Shown: piece after piece, positions 24,010 through 34,090 of the stretch | How the letters are laid out: each line of letters begins with the position of its first letter | How positions within the stretch are numbered: position 1 is the stretch's first letter | Assembly (NCBI GenBank): GCA_965200325.1 | Contig: OZ241335.1 | Span: 2,845,135 to 2,909,134, forward strand | Source: Phototrophicaceae bacterium | GTDB taxonomy: Bacteria > Chloroflexota > Anaerolineae > Aggregatilineales > Phototrophicaceae | Reading direction: 5' to 3' | Length of the DNA: 64,000 bases | The notes under the pieces: generated by a model | The model's database searches: none | Seen by the model: the letters and a program-made list of their open reading frames with translations, nothing else | What the model was told of the DNA's origin: nothing | Program-made: the position numbers and the translations under genes

Positions 24010-26181
24010 GTGCGCCAATTTAGCTTGTTCTGCCTCATCGCTACGCTCATATTCAGCGGCTGCCAAGCCCAGCAAGCCGCCGCGCCAGCCCTCACCAGCG
24101 CGCCCACTGCCAGCGCCGCGGCCGATTTGGAAGCCGCCAGCGCCATCGCCCGCCAATTCCTCGATGCCTGGGTCGCCGGCGATTTTGCCGCCATGCACGG
24201 CCTGCTCAGCTTCCGCAACCGCGAGCTTAGCCCGCTCGATGAATTCCAGGCCCTCTACGAAAATGCCCAACGCAGGATGACGCTGGAGCGCCTGGAATAT
24301 CAGCCGCAAGCCATCAGCGGCGATGGGACCGTGCTTGCCTTCCAATACAGCATGACCTTTCATACGCGCAGCCTCGGCGAGTTCAACGACCCGCGCCGCC
24401 TGCTGCATCTGGTCTTCGATAGCGGCCTGGGCGAGTGGCGCGTCGCCTGGTCGCCAGCCAATATCTTCGCCGAGATGGGCCAAGGCGCCGGTCTCGTATT
24501 CGAGGCGCAGGTGCCTAGCCGCGCCAATATCTACGATCGCAATGGCTTAGCGCTGGCCGACCAAAATGGCCGGGTGGTGCGCGTGCTGGTGGATAACCGG
24601 CACATCCCCGAGCGGGCCGCCTGCTATCGCAGCCTGGCCGAGACGCTAGACCGGCCGCTAGCCGACATTGTCGATCTCTTTGAAGTGCGCTCGGGGCCCG
24701 ATTGGATCGTCGATGTCGGCATCTTGGAGCCAGAGCCATTCATCAAATATAACGACCGCATCAAAGCTGTCTGCGCCGCCGATTTCCGCCAGCAGCCGAC
24801 GCGCCACTATGCCCAAGGCAAGCTCATGCCCCATGTTATCGGGCATGTCGGCTACCCAGATAGCGAGCAGATTCCAGCATTGGAAGCGGTCGGTTTTAAT
24901 GCCGAGACCATCATCGGCAAGGGCGGCATCGAAGCGAGCCTGAACGACATTTTAGGCGGCCGCCCCGGCGGGCGGCTGTCGCTAGTCGGCGCGGATGGCG
25001 CGCGCATTCGCGTCCTCAGCGAAGTCAGTTCACAAATCCCCGAGAGCATCTGGCTGACAATCGATGCCGACTTGCAGGCGGCCATCATCCGCCGGCTGGA
25101 AAGCGCTTATGCCGCTGCGCCCTGGGCCGAAGAGTCGCCAGGCGCGGCGGTCGCTATTATGGATGTCAACAATGGGGAAATCCTAGCGCTGGTCAGCTAT
25201 CCCACTTATGACAACAATATGCTCACGCCCTTCCCCACCATCGGACGCGAGGCTGCGCTGGCCGGGCTAGAGGTCCTGGTCGAAGACGAGCGGCTACCCC
25301 TGCTCAATCGAGTGACTCAAGGCGTTTATGTAACTGGCTCAGTGATGAAAGGGCTGACGGCTCTGGCCGGACTGGAAAGCGGCGTCTATGACGAGGCTAC
25401 CCGTTACAACTGCACCGGCAGCTGGGCTTATGGCAATGACATACGTTACGACTGGCTGCGCAGCGGGCATGGCCTGATGTCGGTGCAGAGCGGTATCACG
25501 CATAGCTGCAATCCTTTCTTTTATGAGCTAGGTTTTCGCCTCAACGCGCGGGATCCTTGGCTGCTGCCCACATTTGCCCGCGAGGTAATGGGCTTGGGCC
25601 AGTTGACCGGCATCGATGTCATACCCGAAGTTGCCGGCAATATCCCCAATCCAGAGAACATCACTGCTTATACGGGCTTGCCCTGGTCTTACGCGCATGC
25701 GGTCAACCTATCGATTGGGCAAGGCGAGGTGCAGGTCTCGCCGCTGCAAATGCTGCGCATGTACGCCGCTATCGCCAATGGCGGTTATTTGCTGCGCCCA
25801 CAGCTGGCGCGCGAGCGGGGCATCCTCGACCAACGCAGCCAAATCGCCCAGCGCGATGTCATGCGCGATACGCAGATAGACTCGGCGAATCTCGCCATCG
25901 TGCAGCGCGGTATGTGCGATGTGGTCGGGTCTTATGGCGGCACGGCAACGGGACAATTCTATGGCTCGCCCTTGTTGGATGTGGGGGTCTGCGCGAAGAC
26001 TGGCACGGCGCAGGTGCCAGGCGAAGACAATGCGCCGCATAGCTGGTTCATCGCTTATGCGCCGGCCAAGACGCCGCAGATTGCGATTGTGACGCTGGTG
26101 GAGAATGCGGGCGAAGGCTCAGCCGTCGCCGCGCCCCTGACGCGCGATATATTGGAGTATTATTTCTTCCGCCCGGACTAA
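24010..26181 (+). CDS. mrdA: Penicillin-binding protein 2-type D,D-transpeptidase with an N-terminal NTF2-like domain
   Basis: 723 aa, GTG start. Transpeptidase motifs SVMK (SxxK), HSCN (SxN) and KTGTA (KTG). The N-terminus MRQFSLFCLIATLIFSGC looks like a lipobox. Confidence 0.8.
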   Translation: MRQFSLFCLIATLIFSGCQAQQAAAPALTSAPTASAAADLEAASAIARQFLDAWVAGDFAAMHGLLSFRNRELSPLDEFQALYENAQRRMTLERLEYQPQAISGDGTVLAFQYSMTFHTRSLGEFNDPRRLLHLVFDSGLGEWRVAWSPANIFAEMGQGAGLVFEAQVPSRANIYDRNGLALADQNGRVVRVLVDNRHIPERAACYRSLAETLDRPLADIVDLFEVRSGPDWIVDVGILEPEPFIKYNDRIKAVCAADFRQQPTRHYAQGKLMPHVIGHVGYPDSEQIPALEAVGFNAETIIGKGGIEASLNDILGGRPGGRLSLVGADGARIRVLSEVSSQIPESIWLTIDADLQAAIIRRLESAYAAAPWAEESPGAAVAIMDVNNGEILALVSYPTYDNNMLTPFPTIGREAALAGLEVLVEDERLPLLNRVTQGVYVTGSVMKGLTALAGLESGVYDEATRYNCTGSWAYGNDIRYDWLRSGHGLMSVQSGITHSCNPFFYELGFRLNARDPWLLPTFAREVMGLGQLTGIDVIPEVAGNIPNPENITAYTGLPWSYAHAVNLSIGQGEVQVSPLQMLRMYAAIANGGYLLRPQLARERGILDQRSQIAQRDVMRDTQIDSANLAIVQRGMCDVVGSYGGTATGQFYGSPLLDVGVCAKTGTAQVPGEDNAPHSWFIAYAPAKTPQIAIVTLVENAGEGSAVAAPLTRDILEYYFFRPD

Positions 26182-26188
26182 AGCATAT

Positions 26189-27019
26189 TCAAAAATCGAA
26201 GGCCAAAGCGTCTATGATGTATTTTCGTTTGGCCCGGCCGACATATTGATAAATCTTGAGCAGCTCTTCATAAGCAGTAGGGCCGCCAACTATATTCCAA
26301 AATTCTTCGCCAATTAGCACAGCATCATCAAATGGCATATAATTCCGCGTGATAGACCATTTATAGTCTGCCCTTGTGTTGCCGTAAGGGTTGTATGCTA
26401 GCGCGAAGTAACTTCTGATATTGGGGCGCGGAAGATTGCGCAAAACATGTGTTAGCAAGATGCGCCGCGTCATTTGAAAACATTGATCTTTGTTCGGCTT
26501 AGGCGATTTCATTTCAAAGTAATACTCAACTCCATCGTTTCCTAATATGTACAAATCAGCAATGATGTCCCGCAGCTCAAATTCGCCGTTCTCGTTAGCC
26601 AGCAACACTCTGGCAAGCATTTCAGAAAAACTAGGCGGCGCTTTAGCGGAGTGTTCAAATTGGGCAATTTGTCTTTCGATCTCCGCCAGCGCAGCTGAGC
26701 TAACCGCTGCACGCAGGCTATAGCCGCGCTGCGCGTCAAGATGATGCTCTAATGCGATTAATCTAGCGCATTCTTCAAGGCTGGTTCCTAAACTGGTTAC
26801 TAAGCCACGCTCAAAAGCGCTTATGCGCAAGACTTCAGCAGATACGATGGCGGCATGAAAAGGCTTTAAGTCGCCAGCTTTATCTGCCAGCGCCAGATAT
26901 TGCGCTGGACTATTCATAGTTTCAATGGCGCGGTCGCGATTGCGCTCGACAAGATTCTCAATAAAAACTTCGAGCGTTGCAATGATTTTTGAACGAGTTA
27001 TATCCGAAATAGCCGGCAC
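26189..27019 (-). CDS. Putative type II restriction endonuclease (PD-(D/E)xK; tentatively TdeIII-like)
   Basis: 276 aa, 25 nt downstream of the methyltransferase gene. Candidate catalytic IADLY...(13)...YFEMKSPKPNK (D...ExK). The KPFH / FERG..TSLGTSLEECA segment resembles my recollection of the TdeIII family. AT-richer than its surroundings. Confidence 0.5.
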   Translation of the reverse strand: MPAISDITRSKIIATLEVFIENLVERNRDRAIETMNSPAQYLALADKAGDLKPFHAAIVSAEVLRISAFERGLVTSLGTSLEECARLIALEHHLDAQRGYSLRAAVSSAALAEIERQIAQFEHSAKAPPSFSEMLARVLLANENGEFELRDIIADLYILGNDGVEYYFEMKSPKPNKDQCFQMTRRILLTHVLRNLPRPNIRSYFALAYNPYGNTRADYKWSITRNYMPFDDAVLIGEEFWNIVGGPTAYEELLKIYQYVGRAKRKYIIDALAFDF

Positions 27020-27044
27020 TTTTTCTTCCCTATAGTAAAGACAT

Positions 27045-28646
27045 TCACAAGGCTTTTAGGTGAAAAATTGTTTCAAAATAAGCCGAGCGATCGAACTCGG
27101 AGCGCCTGAGAACAGGTCTTTCAAATCTATTGACGATGCGCATATTTGCCCGCTCGGCAATTTCGCCGTAAAGACCAAATTTGTCATTCGCCACCAAAAA
27201 TACATGGAAGTCGTCACGCAAGAAGGGACGGCAATGCCGCAGCGCAGCCGCGATGCCTGCTACATAAGAAGCGCGCGCTTTTTTGCTCTTGCCCCTAAAC
27301 AGCGGGCCTATTTCCGCCTCGTCCCGCCTCTCAATGCCCAATAACTCATAAGCATAAGCGTGCTGCTCGTGATAATCGATCATGCCGACATAAGGCGGAC
27401 TGCTGAATATGCCGCTGATTTTTTGCGCGCGCAGCAAATCGGCAAAATCGGGCTGAGCCGCTTCTAAAGTTTCGGCAAGCGCTAGAGAGCGCGCATCGCC
27501 AGCTAGAGCCACTTGAAAGCCGCCCTGGCGCAGCTTGTCAAATTCAGCGAAGCGGCGCACCGCATCGTCTGTATAGCGCCGCCACCAACCACTCAAGGTA
27601 AAAAGCGGCTTGCAGATTTTCAGATGCTTGCGGCAATAATATGTCGTTTTGACTGGTTCTTTCAAGGTCGCTAAATCCAGATGCTTAGTCGCTCTGGCCG
27701 AGCGAATCGTGCGGGACAAAATTACCAAGAGCGTATTGCGCATCTCGACATCGTCTATCCCCCTCAGCAAAACCGCTAGATATTCAACTTCGGCGCGGAT
27801 AGACGGCACATACCATTTGTCGAGAAAAGATGCGCCAGCGTTGCCGAGATTGACGGCGTATTTCTCGGCCAGCGCTTGAAAGACGGACAGGAAGAGGCTG
27901 GCTTTTTCTTCCCCGTAGGCAGTCGCATTGAAGTCCTTTTGGCGCGCGCGCCGCTTAAAATCGGGCGAGGGGAAGTGCATCGCATTGAATTCAGCCAGAG
28001 CCTGCGATAATTCTGTATCAAATTCCCGCAGGCCATTTTCATCAGTAAAGCGCAGCAGCTTGCTGGTTAAGCGGCGAGCCTGCTGCACCAGCGCCAGCAA
28101 GTCCTGGCGGCGCAGTTTTGTATTGGAAATCAGCGTATTAAAGGCTGAGACATCAATGCCGATGGCGTGCAAACCCAATTCCGCCGCCTGCACCAGCGTT
28201 GTGCCGCTGCCGCAGAAGGGGTCAAGCACAATGTCGCCGGGTTGGAAATAAGCGGCGGTTTTGAAGGCATCAGTGTTCGCATCCAAAAAATACTCCACCA
28301 GTTGGGGGATGAATTTGCCTTTGTAGGGGTGCAGGCGGTGTACATGCTTGGTGCGTTCTTTTTCACTGTATTCATCAAAAGCTAGGCGGTGATTGACAGC
28401 TCGCTCGAGCTGCGAAAGCGAGTCCTTTTGCCGCGCCATTTCCTCATCGTAATAAGTTTTAAGCTCGTCCCGGTCGACCAGGATGCCACCATTGCGGCTG
28501 ACACTGCGAATCCGCCCATAAGTAATGAGGTAAGAGATGTTTGATTTGCTAATAGCGCGCTCGTAACGCGCCGATGCCCAACGGCTCGCTTCCGCAAGCG
28601 AGATGAACTTTTGCCTGCCTTCTATCATTAGAAACCGCTCGTCCAA
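27045..28646 (-). CDS. N6-adenine or N4-cytosine DNA methyltransferase (motif I before motif IV, long intervening TRD)
   Basis: 533 aa. LDPFCGSGTT (SAM motif I) near residue 143 and SSPPYVGMIDY (motif IV) near residue 416. TTG start at 28646, with an alternative ATG at 28628. Confidence 0.75.
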   Translation of the reverse strand: MDERFLMIEGRQKFISLAEASRWASARYERAISKSNISYLITYGRIRSVSRNGGILVDRDELKTYYDEEMARQKDSLSQLERAVNHRLAFDEYSEKERTKHVHRLHPYKGKFIPQLVEYFLDANTDAFKTAAYFQPGDIVLDPFCGSGTTLVQAAELGLHAIGIDVSAFNTLISNTKLRRQDLLALVQQARRLTSKLLRFTDENGLREFDTELSQALAEFNAMHFPSPDFKRRARQKDFNATAYGEEKASLFLSVFQALAEKYAVNLGNAGASFLDKWYVPSIRAEVEYLAVLLRGIDDVEMRNTLLVILSRTIRSARATKHLDLATLKEPVKTTYYCRKHLKICKPLFTLSGWWRRYTDDAVRRFAEFDKLRQGGFQVALAGDARSLALAETLEAAQPDFADLLRAQKISGIFSSPPYVGMIDYHEQHAYAYELLGIERRDEAEIGPLFRGKSKKARASYVAGIAAALRHCRPFLRDDFHVFLVANDKFGLYGEIAERANMRIVNRFERPVLRRSEFDRSAYFETIFHLKAL

Positions 28647-29018
28647 CTACCCAGCCACCAACACACTCAAGCCAATGATACAGACCTCCACCACCAAAAT
28701 GCGCAGGAAGAGGCGGCGTGCGCGCCGGCGCCGCCAATGCTTAAAAATATAATCTAGGCAAAAGATGATAAAACCGACCATAAAAGCGCCAGCCCCCAGC
28801 AGCCAAAAATTCCGCAGCGTTATTAGTGTATAATTGCCCCGCACTGAGTCATCCACCGCATGCAAAATGGCGTAAGCGCCGAGGGTCAGCAAAATTTCTT
28901 GCAGCGCAAAGAATGACCACATTGCTAGAACAAGCGCCAAGCCAAAAAGCGAGATGTTAAAAACGAGGTCAAATAAAGCCGTATATGCCTGGTCTTTTTC
29001 ACTGCCGGCCAACTTCAT
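28647..29018 (-). CDS. Small 4-TM membrane protein, first gene of the R-M operon
   Basis: 123 aa, four hydrophobic helices, basic RRRRARR loop. Its stop codon directly abuts the methyltransferase start (TAG-TTG). Confidence 0.5.
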   Translation of the reverse strand: MKLAGSEKDQAYTALFDLVFNISLFGLALVLAMWSFFALQEILLTLGAYAILHAVDDSVRGNYTLITLRNFWLLGAGAFMVGFIIFCLDYIFKHWRRRRARRLFLRILVVEVCIIGLSVLVAG

Positions 29019-29160
29019 GGCGCGCTCCGCAATCCGCCATTTACAGCGCTAGCAATCATAATACCGCAAATGGCGGCGGCGGCTCAAGCGAAAACAGCCC
29101 AGTCAAGCGATAATGACGCTAATTCGCCACAAGTTTCTGCGCTCCCGCGCTGAACTTGTC

Positions 29161-29189
29161 TTGAAATCATTTCCGCTTTTCGCTAGAAT
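29161..29189 (+). promoter_or_regulatory. Sigma-70-type promoter of the cytochrome oxidase operon
   Basis: TTGAAA (29161-29166), 17 nt spacer, TAGAAT (29184-29189), about 120 nt before the coxII ATG. Confidence 0.45.
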
Positions 29190-29311
29190 TGTGATAAATT
29201 GTACAAGCAAGGTTTTAGTGGCGCGGTAACAGGCGCTTGCCAGTGTCGAGGCGGGGGATTTGGCGCGAGCAAATCCTATTTCGCCGCCGTGAATCTAGGT
29301 GGACATCTGCT

Positions 29312-30640
29312 ATGGAAAATAATCGCTCCAACATCCCATCGATAAGCCCAGCCGCAGTGGTAGTGGCGGCGGTCTTCTTGATGGTCAGCGTGCTCGGCAT
29401 CAGTTGGTTCACGACCTTTGTGCCGCGCATCTTGCCGGCCCAGGCCTCGGCGGAATCCAAGAGCGTCGACGAACTCTTCTATATCCTGGTGATTATCGGC
29501 GGCGTCGTTTTTTTCCTCATTCAAGGCATGCTGCTGATTTCGGTGATTTTCTTCCGCGCTCGCCCTGGCGACCGCTCGGATGGGCCTACCTATCATGGCA
29601 ACCCGCTGCTCGAGATCGTTTGGACGATTATTCCCGCCTTAGTCGTCGTCTACCTGGCTGTCATAAGTTTTAATGTCTGGAACCAGAATTCAGCGCCCAA
29701 AGCGGCCGTCAATATGGTTAATGGCGCGGAAATCGCCATTAAAGTGAACGGCGCGCGCTATGCCTGGACGCATACTTACGAGACCGACCGGCTCGATGCC
29801 AATGGCGCGCCTATCGTCATCAACAGCGGCGATACGCTGCATACCTATCTGGGGCAGAATATCGAGCTGGAATTGCGCACGCAGGATGTCATCCACTCGT
29901 ATTGGGTGCCAGCCATGCGTGTCAAGCAAGATTTGCTGCCCGGCAACCCGGCCACCGGCGGCCGCCCCACCGAGCTGCGCTTCACGCCCGTACTGGTCGA
30001 AGGCGCTAGTTACCCGGCCGAATATCCCATCGTCTGCGCCGAGCTTTGTGGCGATGGCCACGGGCGTATGCGCGGCACTGTCGTCGTCTATGAAGACGAA
30101 AGCCAATTCCTCGAGCAATTTTATGAACCTGCCATCCACGCCATTCTCAACCCGCCGGCCGACCCCGTCTTGCGCGGCGAAATCATCATCCAGCAATACA
30201 TCTGCAATAGCTGCCATACGCTGGACAGCCTAGACTGGACCAGCAGCACGGGCCCGTCTATGAACGGCATCGCCGACCGCGCTGGCGAGCGCGTGGCTGG
30301 GCAATCGGCCGAAGAATACATCGCCACTTCCGTCTGGAACGCGCAGGCTTTCGTCGTGCCTGGCTATACCGAGCAGATGGCCGTCTTTGGGCCCGACCAA
30401 ACGGACGCCAATAAAATGAGCGCGGAAGAGCTATATGCCATCGTCGCCTTCCTCTGCACGCAGGGCGAGCAAAGCGATTGCGACAATGAAAATCAAACCA
30501 CCGCCATCCCCGAGGCGATTAAGACGGTCTATGGGCTGGATGTGGATATTAACTTCGGGCAAGGCGATGACGCGGCCGCGAACGGTGAAGAAAACCAAGA
30601 AAATGAAGAAAACAATGAAGAAAGCGATGAATCCGCGTAA
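29312..30640 (+). CDS. ctaC: Cytochrome c oxidase subunit II with fused C-terminal cytochrome c domain (caa3-type)
   Basis: Start taken at ATG 29312. CuA motif CAELCGDGHGRM. Heme-c motif CNSCH. Acidic low-complexity tail NGEENQENEENNEESDESA. Confidence 0.85.
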   Translation: MENNRSNIPSISPAAVVVAAVFLMVSVLGISWFTTFVPRILPAQASAESKSVDELFYILVIIGGVVFFLIQGMLLISVIFFRARPGDRSDGPTYHGNPLLEIVWTIIPALVVVYLAVISFNVWNQNSAPKAAVNMVNGAEIAIKVNGARYAWTHTYETDRLDANGAPIVINSGDTLHTYLGQNIELELRTQDVIHSYWVPAMRVKQDLLPGNPATGGRPTELRFTPVLVEGASYPAEYPIVCAELCGDGHGRMRGTVVVYEDESQFLEQFYEPAIHAILNPPADPVLRGEIIIQQYICNSCHTLDSLDWTSSTGPSMNGIADRAGERVAGQSAEEYIATSVWNAQAFVVPGYTEQMAVFGPDQTDANKMSAEELYAIVAFLCTQGEQSDCDNENQTTAIPEAIKTVYGLDVDINFGQGDDAAANGEENQENEENNEESDESA

Positions 30641-30704
30641 AGCGCGGGCGAGCGTTAGATACGTTTGTCATACTGTAATCAGATAACTGGGAGAAGGCGC
30701 AACA

Positions 30705-32396
30705 ATGGCAACAATCGCTGTCCCTTTGGGGGGGCAAGGTCAAAGTCAAGAAATTGAAGCGGTACGCCGCCCGGCATTGAGCGAGTACCTGCGCTGGAGC
30801 GTCGATCATAAAATCATCGGCGTGCAATATGGCTTGGCGGCATTCCTCTTTTTCATCGTCGGCGGCGCCATGGCCATGGGCATCCGCCTCGAGCTGCTGA
30901 CGCCAGAACTGGACCTGATGGTCTCAGGCTCGGCTTACAACAGCCTCTTCACCATGCACGGCACGGTGATGATTTTCCTCTTCATCATCCCGATGTGGGC
31001 GGCCTTTGGCAATTATGTCGTGCCGCTGCAACTCGGCGCTAAAGATATGGCTTTCCCCTGGCTGAATGCCTTTGCCTTTTGGCTCATCCCGCCGGCGGCG
31101 ATCGTTATGCTGCTCGGTTATTTTGTCAATCCAGCCGAAGCCGGCTGGACGGCTTATCCGCCGTTGTCCACACTTTTCAGCGGCGATGGGCAGACGCTCT
31201 GGGCCCTAGGCGCGCATCTGCTCGGCATTTCTTCTATTCTCGGATCCATCAATTTCATCGTAACAATACTCAATATGCGGCCGCCAGAGATGACGCTCTG
31301 GCGCATGCCGCTGCTCTGCTGGGCGGTCTTAGCCACCAGCATCATCGCCGTGATGGCAACGCCCTTCCTGGCTGGTGCTTTGACCCTGCTGCTGCTGGAC
31401 CGGGTGGCCGGCACGACCTTCTTTGACGCCTCAGGCGGCGGCGATGTGCTGCTCTGGCAGAATATCTTCTGGTTCTACAGCCACCCAGCTGTCTATATCA
31501 TGGTGCTGCCCGGTATGGGCGTGCTGTCGGAAGTGCTGTCCATTCACAGCCGCAAGCCTGTCTTTGGCTATCGCATGGTCGGTTTGTCGAGCATGGGCAT
31601 CGCTTTTGTCGGCTTTACCGTATGGGCGCACCACATGTTCACCAGCTTGCAGCCCGAGCTGCGCATTCCTTTTATGATTACGACGATGATTATCGCCGTG
31701 CCGACGGGCATCAAGATGTTCAGTTGGCTAGGCACAATTTGGGGTGGCAAGATTCGCTTCACCAGCGCCATGCTCTTCGCGCTCGGCTTTTTGTCGCTTT
31801 TCGTCATCGGCGGCATCACGGGCGTTATGCTAGCCGCCCTGCCCTTCGATATTCATGTGCACGATACCTATTTCGTCGTCAGCCATTTCCACTTTGTTCT
31901 ATTTGGCGGCAGCGTCTTCGCTATCTACGCCGCGCTCTATCACTGGTTCCCCAAGATTACGGGACGGATGATGAACGAGCGACTGGGGCAGATCCACTTT
32001 GTATTCACCTATTTTGGTTTTCTCTTCACTTTCTTCCCGATGCACATTGTTGGCATGCTGGGCATGCCGCGGCGTGTCGCGGTCTATGACCCGAGCTTCA
32101 CCGCTTGGAATCAACTTATCGGCATTTCAGCCTTTGTCTTGGGCTTTTCTACTTTCATCGTGATTTACAATGCCATCCGTTCTTACAATCATGGCCCGGT
32201 TGCCGGCGCCAATCCCTGGCGCGCTTTGACTTTGGAATGGGCGACCACATCGCCGCCGCCGCCGACCAATTTCGCCGATGACCCGATTCCTTTTGAAGAC
32301 CCTTATGGTTATGGCACAGAGGCGGCCGCCGCTTATGTTGCGGCGGTGGACACAGCATTCAACAGTAGGGACGCGGCCGGGCGCGACAGCCATTAG
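30705..32396 (+). CDS. ctaD: Cytochrome c oxidase subunit I
   Basis: 563 aa, 12+ TM, with WFYSHPAVY and WAHHMF heme/CuB ligand motifs. Confidence 0.9.
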   Translation: MATIAVPLGGQGQSQEIEAVRRPALSEYLRWSVDHKIIGVQYGLAAFLFFIVGGAMAMGIRLELLTPELDLMVSGSAYNSLFTMHGTVMIFLFIIPMWAAFGNYVVPLQLGAKDMAFPWLNAFAFWLIPPAAIVMLLGYFVNPAEAGWTAYPPLSTLFSGDGQTLWALGAHLLGISSILGSINFIVTILNMRPPEMTLWRMPLLCWAVLATSIIAVMATPFLAGALTLLLLDRVAGTTFFDASGGGDVLLWQNIFWFYSHPAVYIMVLPGMGVLSEVLSIHSRKPVFGYRMVGLSSMGIAFVGFTVWAHHMFTSLQPELRIPFMITTMIIAVPTGIKMFSWLGTIWGGKIRFTSAMLFALGFLSLFVIGGITGVMLAALPFDIHVHDTYFVVSHFHFVLFGGSVFAIYAALYHWFPKITGRMMNERLGQIHFVFTYFGFLFTFFPMHIVGMLGMPRRVAVYDPSFTAWNQLIGISAFVLGFSTFIVIYNAIRSYNHGPVAGANPWRALTLEWATTSPPPPTNFADDPIPFEDPYGYGTEAAAAYVAAVDTAFNSRDAAGRDSH

Positions 32397-32432
32397 GCCG
32401 CCAGCCAGAGAGAAGAATGTAGCAGGCTAATC

Positions 32433-33035
32433 ATGAGCAGCTATGTTGACCGCAAAGCCAAACTCAGCGCGCGCGACGCGGAGATGCGCCTGAAGAATAA
32501 TCGTCTCGGCATGACGATTTTCCAGGCCAGCTGGATTATGGCTTTCTTGGCGCTGGTCGTGGTCAACTGGCAGCTGCGTTTCAGCTATGCGCAGTGGCCG
32601 CCGGCCGGCGTCGCGCCCTTCGACCCGCTTTTGCCGAGCGCCGCGACCCTGGCTTTATTGCTCAGCGCTTTGCTCCTGCGGCGGGCTTGGCAAGCGCTGC
32701 AAGAGGGCAAGACCGCCACCTTTCTAGGGCAATGGCGGCTGGCGCTGGTTTTGGGTTTGCTTTTTATGGCGCTTATCGCCTATGAATTTGTCACAGTTTC
32801 AGCCGCGGCGCTGGCGACGCAATATGGCATTACCCTGCGCTTGATGACAGGCTTTCATTTCATCCACGCGCTGGCGATTTTGGCGGTGATGCTGCGCGTC
32901 TATCGCCAGGGCGCAGCCGGGCTGTATAGCGGCAGCGCGCAGGATTCTTGGGCGGTGGAAGGCACGTCGAAGCTTTGGTATTTTGTCACTGTGGCTTGGC
33001 TGCTGTTTTATGTCGTGCTGTATTGGATTCGCTAA
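32433..33035 (+). CDS. Heme-copper oxidase subunit III-like protein (first of two)
   Basis: 200 aa, about 5 TM, subunit III-like C-terminal helices (FHFIHALAILAV ... LWYFVTVAWLLFYVVLY). Confidence 0.6.
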   Translation: MSSYVDRKAKLSARDAEMRLKNNRLGMTIFQASWIMAFLALVVVNWQLRFSYAQWPPAGVAPFDPLLPSAATLALLLSALLLRRAWQALQEGKTATFLGQWRLALVLGLLFMALIAYEFVTVSAAALATQYGITLRLMTGFHFIHALAILAVMLRVYRQGAAGLYSGSAQDSWAVEGTSKLWYFVTVAWLLFYVVLYWIR

Positions 33036-33061
33036 TTAGGGCTAGGGAGTAGCGAGACACA

Positions 33062-34075
33062 ATGGATAAACCAGGACTCTCACGGGCAATACCGGCGATG
33101 ATTGTAGGTTTCATCGCCTCGCTGGCGCTTGTCTACGGCTTGCGTGTTGTGCAGGACATGGAGCCTGTTTGGATGAATGCCGAGACCAGCGAAGGCGCGC
33201 AGGTCGGCTTGATTCTAGCCGCCTTTGTCTCGATGGGCACATTTATGTGGGGCGTCGGCGCTTTTGACCCAAAAATGAGCGAACACGGCGACCACCACGC
33301 CGACGAACATGAAGAGGCAGCGCCAGAAAGCGAATTTGCCTTACGCACTTCTGGGCCCGTCTTCCGCGCCGGCAAGCGGCTCTGGGATTTGGCTTGGCAG
33401 CTCATCAGCGATAGTCCAAAACCGTGGGCTTTCCCCTATTTGACCGTGAGCTTCTTTTTGGTCAACTGGGTCGTGAATGTCGTATGGTTTTTGATTTGGC
33501 TGCCGCTGCTCTTTCTGGGCTGGCGCATCCTGCTCATCACAGTCGCTGGCATCCCAGGCACGCTGGGCGCTTTGCTGATGTCCGTGTCTTGTCTGTGGCA
33601 GATGATGGCATTTTACGCCGGCCAGCTTTTCTTCGTGCTGACAATCGCTGTGGTTACGACCATTGTGCTTTTCACGGGCGCGCTGCTGCCGCATGGCTTC
33701 CGCTTGCAGACCGCCACCGAAGCCAACGCCGATGTGGCGGCTAATGGTTTTGGCGATTTTGTCATCCCGATACAGGATATACTGGGGCTGGTCTTGCCGC
33801 CCGATCATTTCGCCAACCAGACGATCGAAGGCACGAGTCAATTAACCGTGCTGCTGGGTTTTATCTTGGTGCTTTTTGTCTCTTTGGCGCTGGCGACCGG
33901 GGTCATCGCTGTCTTCTTCTATCTGGCGCATCGCGGGGTGCGTGAAGTTACAGCAAGCGAGCCAACCGATGGCCAACGGACGCAGATTGTGCCTATCCGC
34001 GAGGCGGGCAAAATTGCCGGCGGCGTCGCCAATGTCATCCGCGCTATCCCGCGGGCTATCGGTTATCAGAAATAG
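33062..34075 (+). CDS. Polytopic membrane protein of unknown function embedded in the cox operon
   Basis: 337 aa with multiple TM helices and a His/Glu-rich loop (SEHGDHHADEHEE). No family recognised. Confidence 0.5.
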   Translation: MDKPGLSRAIPAMIVGFIASLALVYGLRVVQDMEPVWMNAETSEGAQVGLILAAFVSMGTFMWGVGAFDPKMSEHGDHHADEHEEAAPESEFALRTSGPVFRAGKRLWDLAWQLISDSPKPWAFPYLTVSFFLVNWVVNVVWFLIWLPLLFLGWRILLITVAGIPGTLGALLMSVSCLWQMMAFYAGQLFFVLTIAVVTTIVLFTGALLPHGFRLQTATEANADVAANGFGDFVIPIQDILGLVLPPDHFANQTIEGTSQLTVLLGFILVLFVSLALATGVIAVFFYLAHRGVREVTASEPTDGQRTQIVPIREAGKIAGGVANVIRAIPRAIGYQK

Positions 34076-34090
34076 AGTGAGAGAGCGAGC

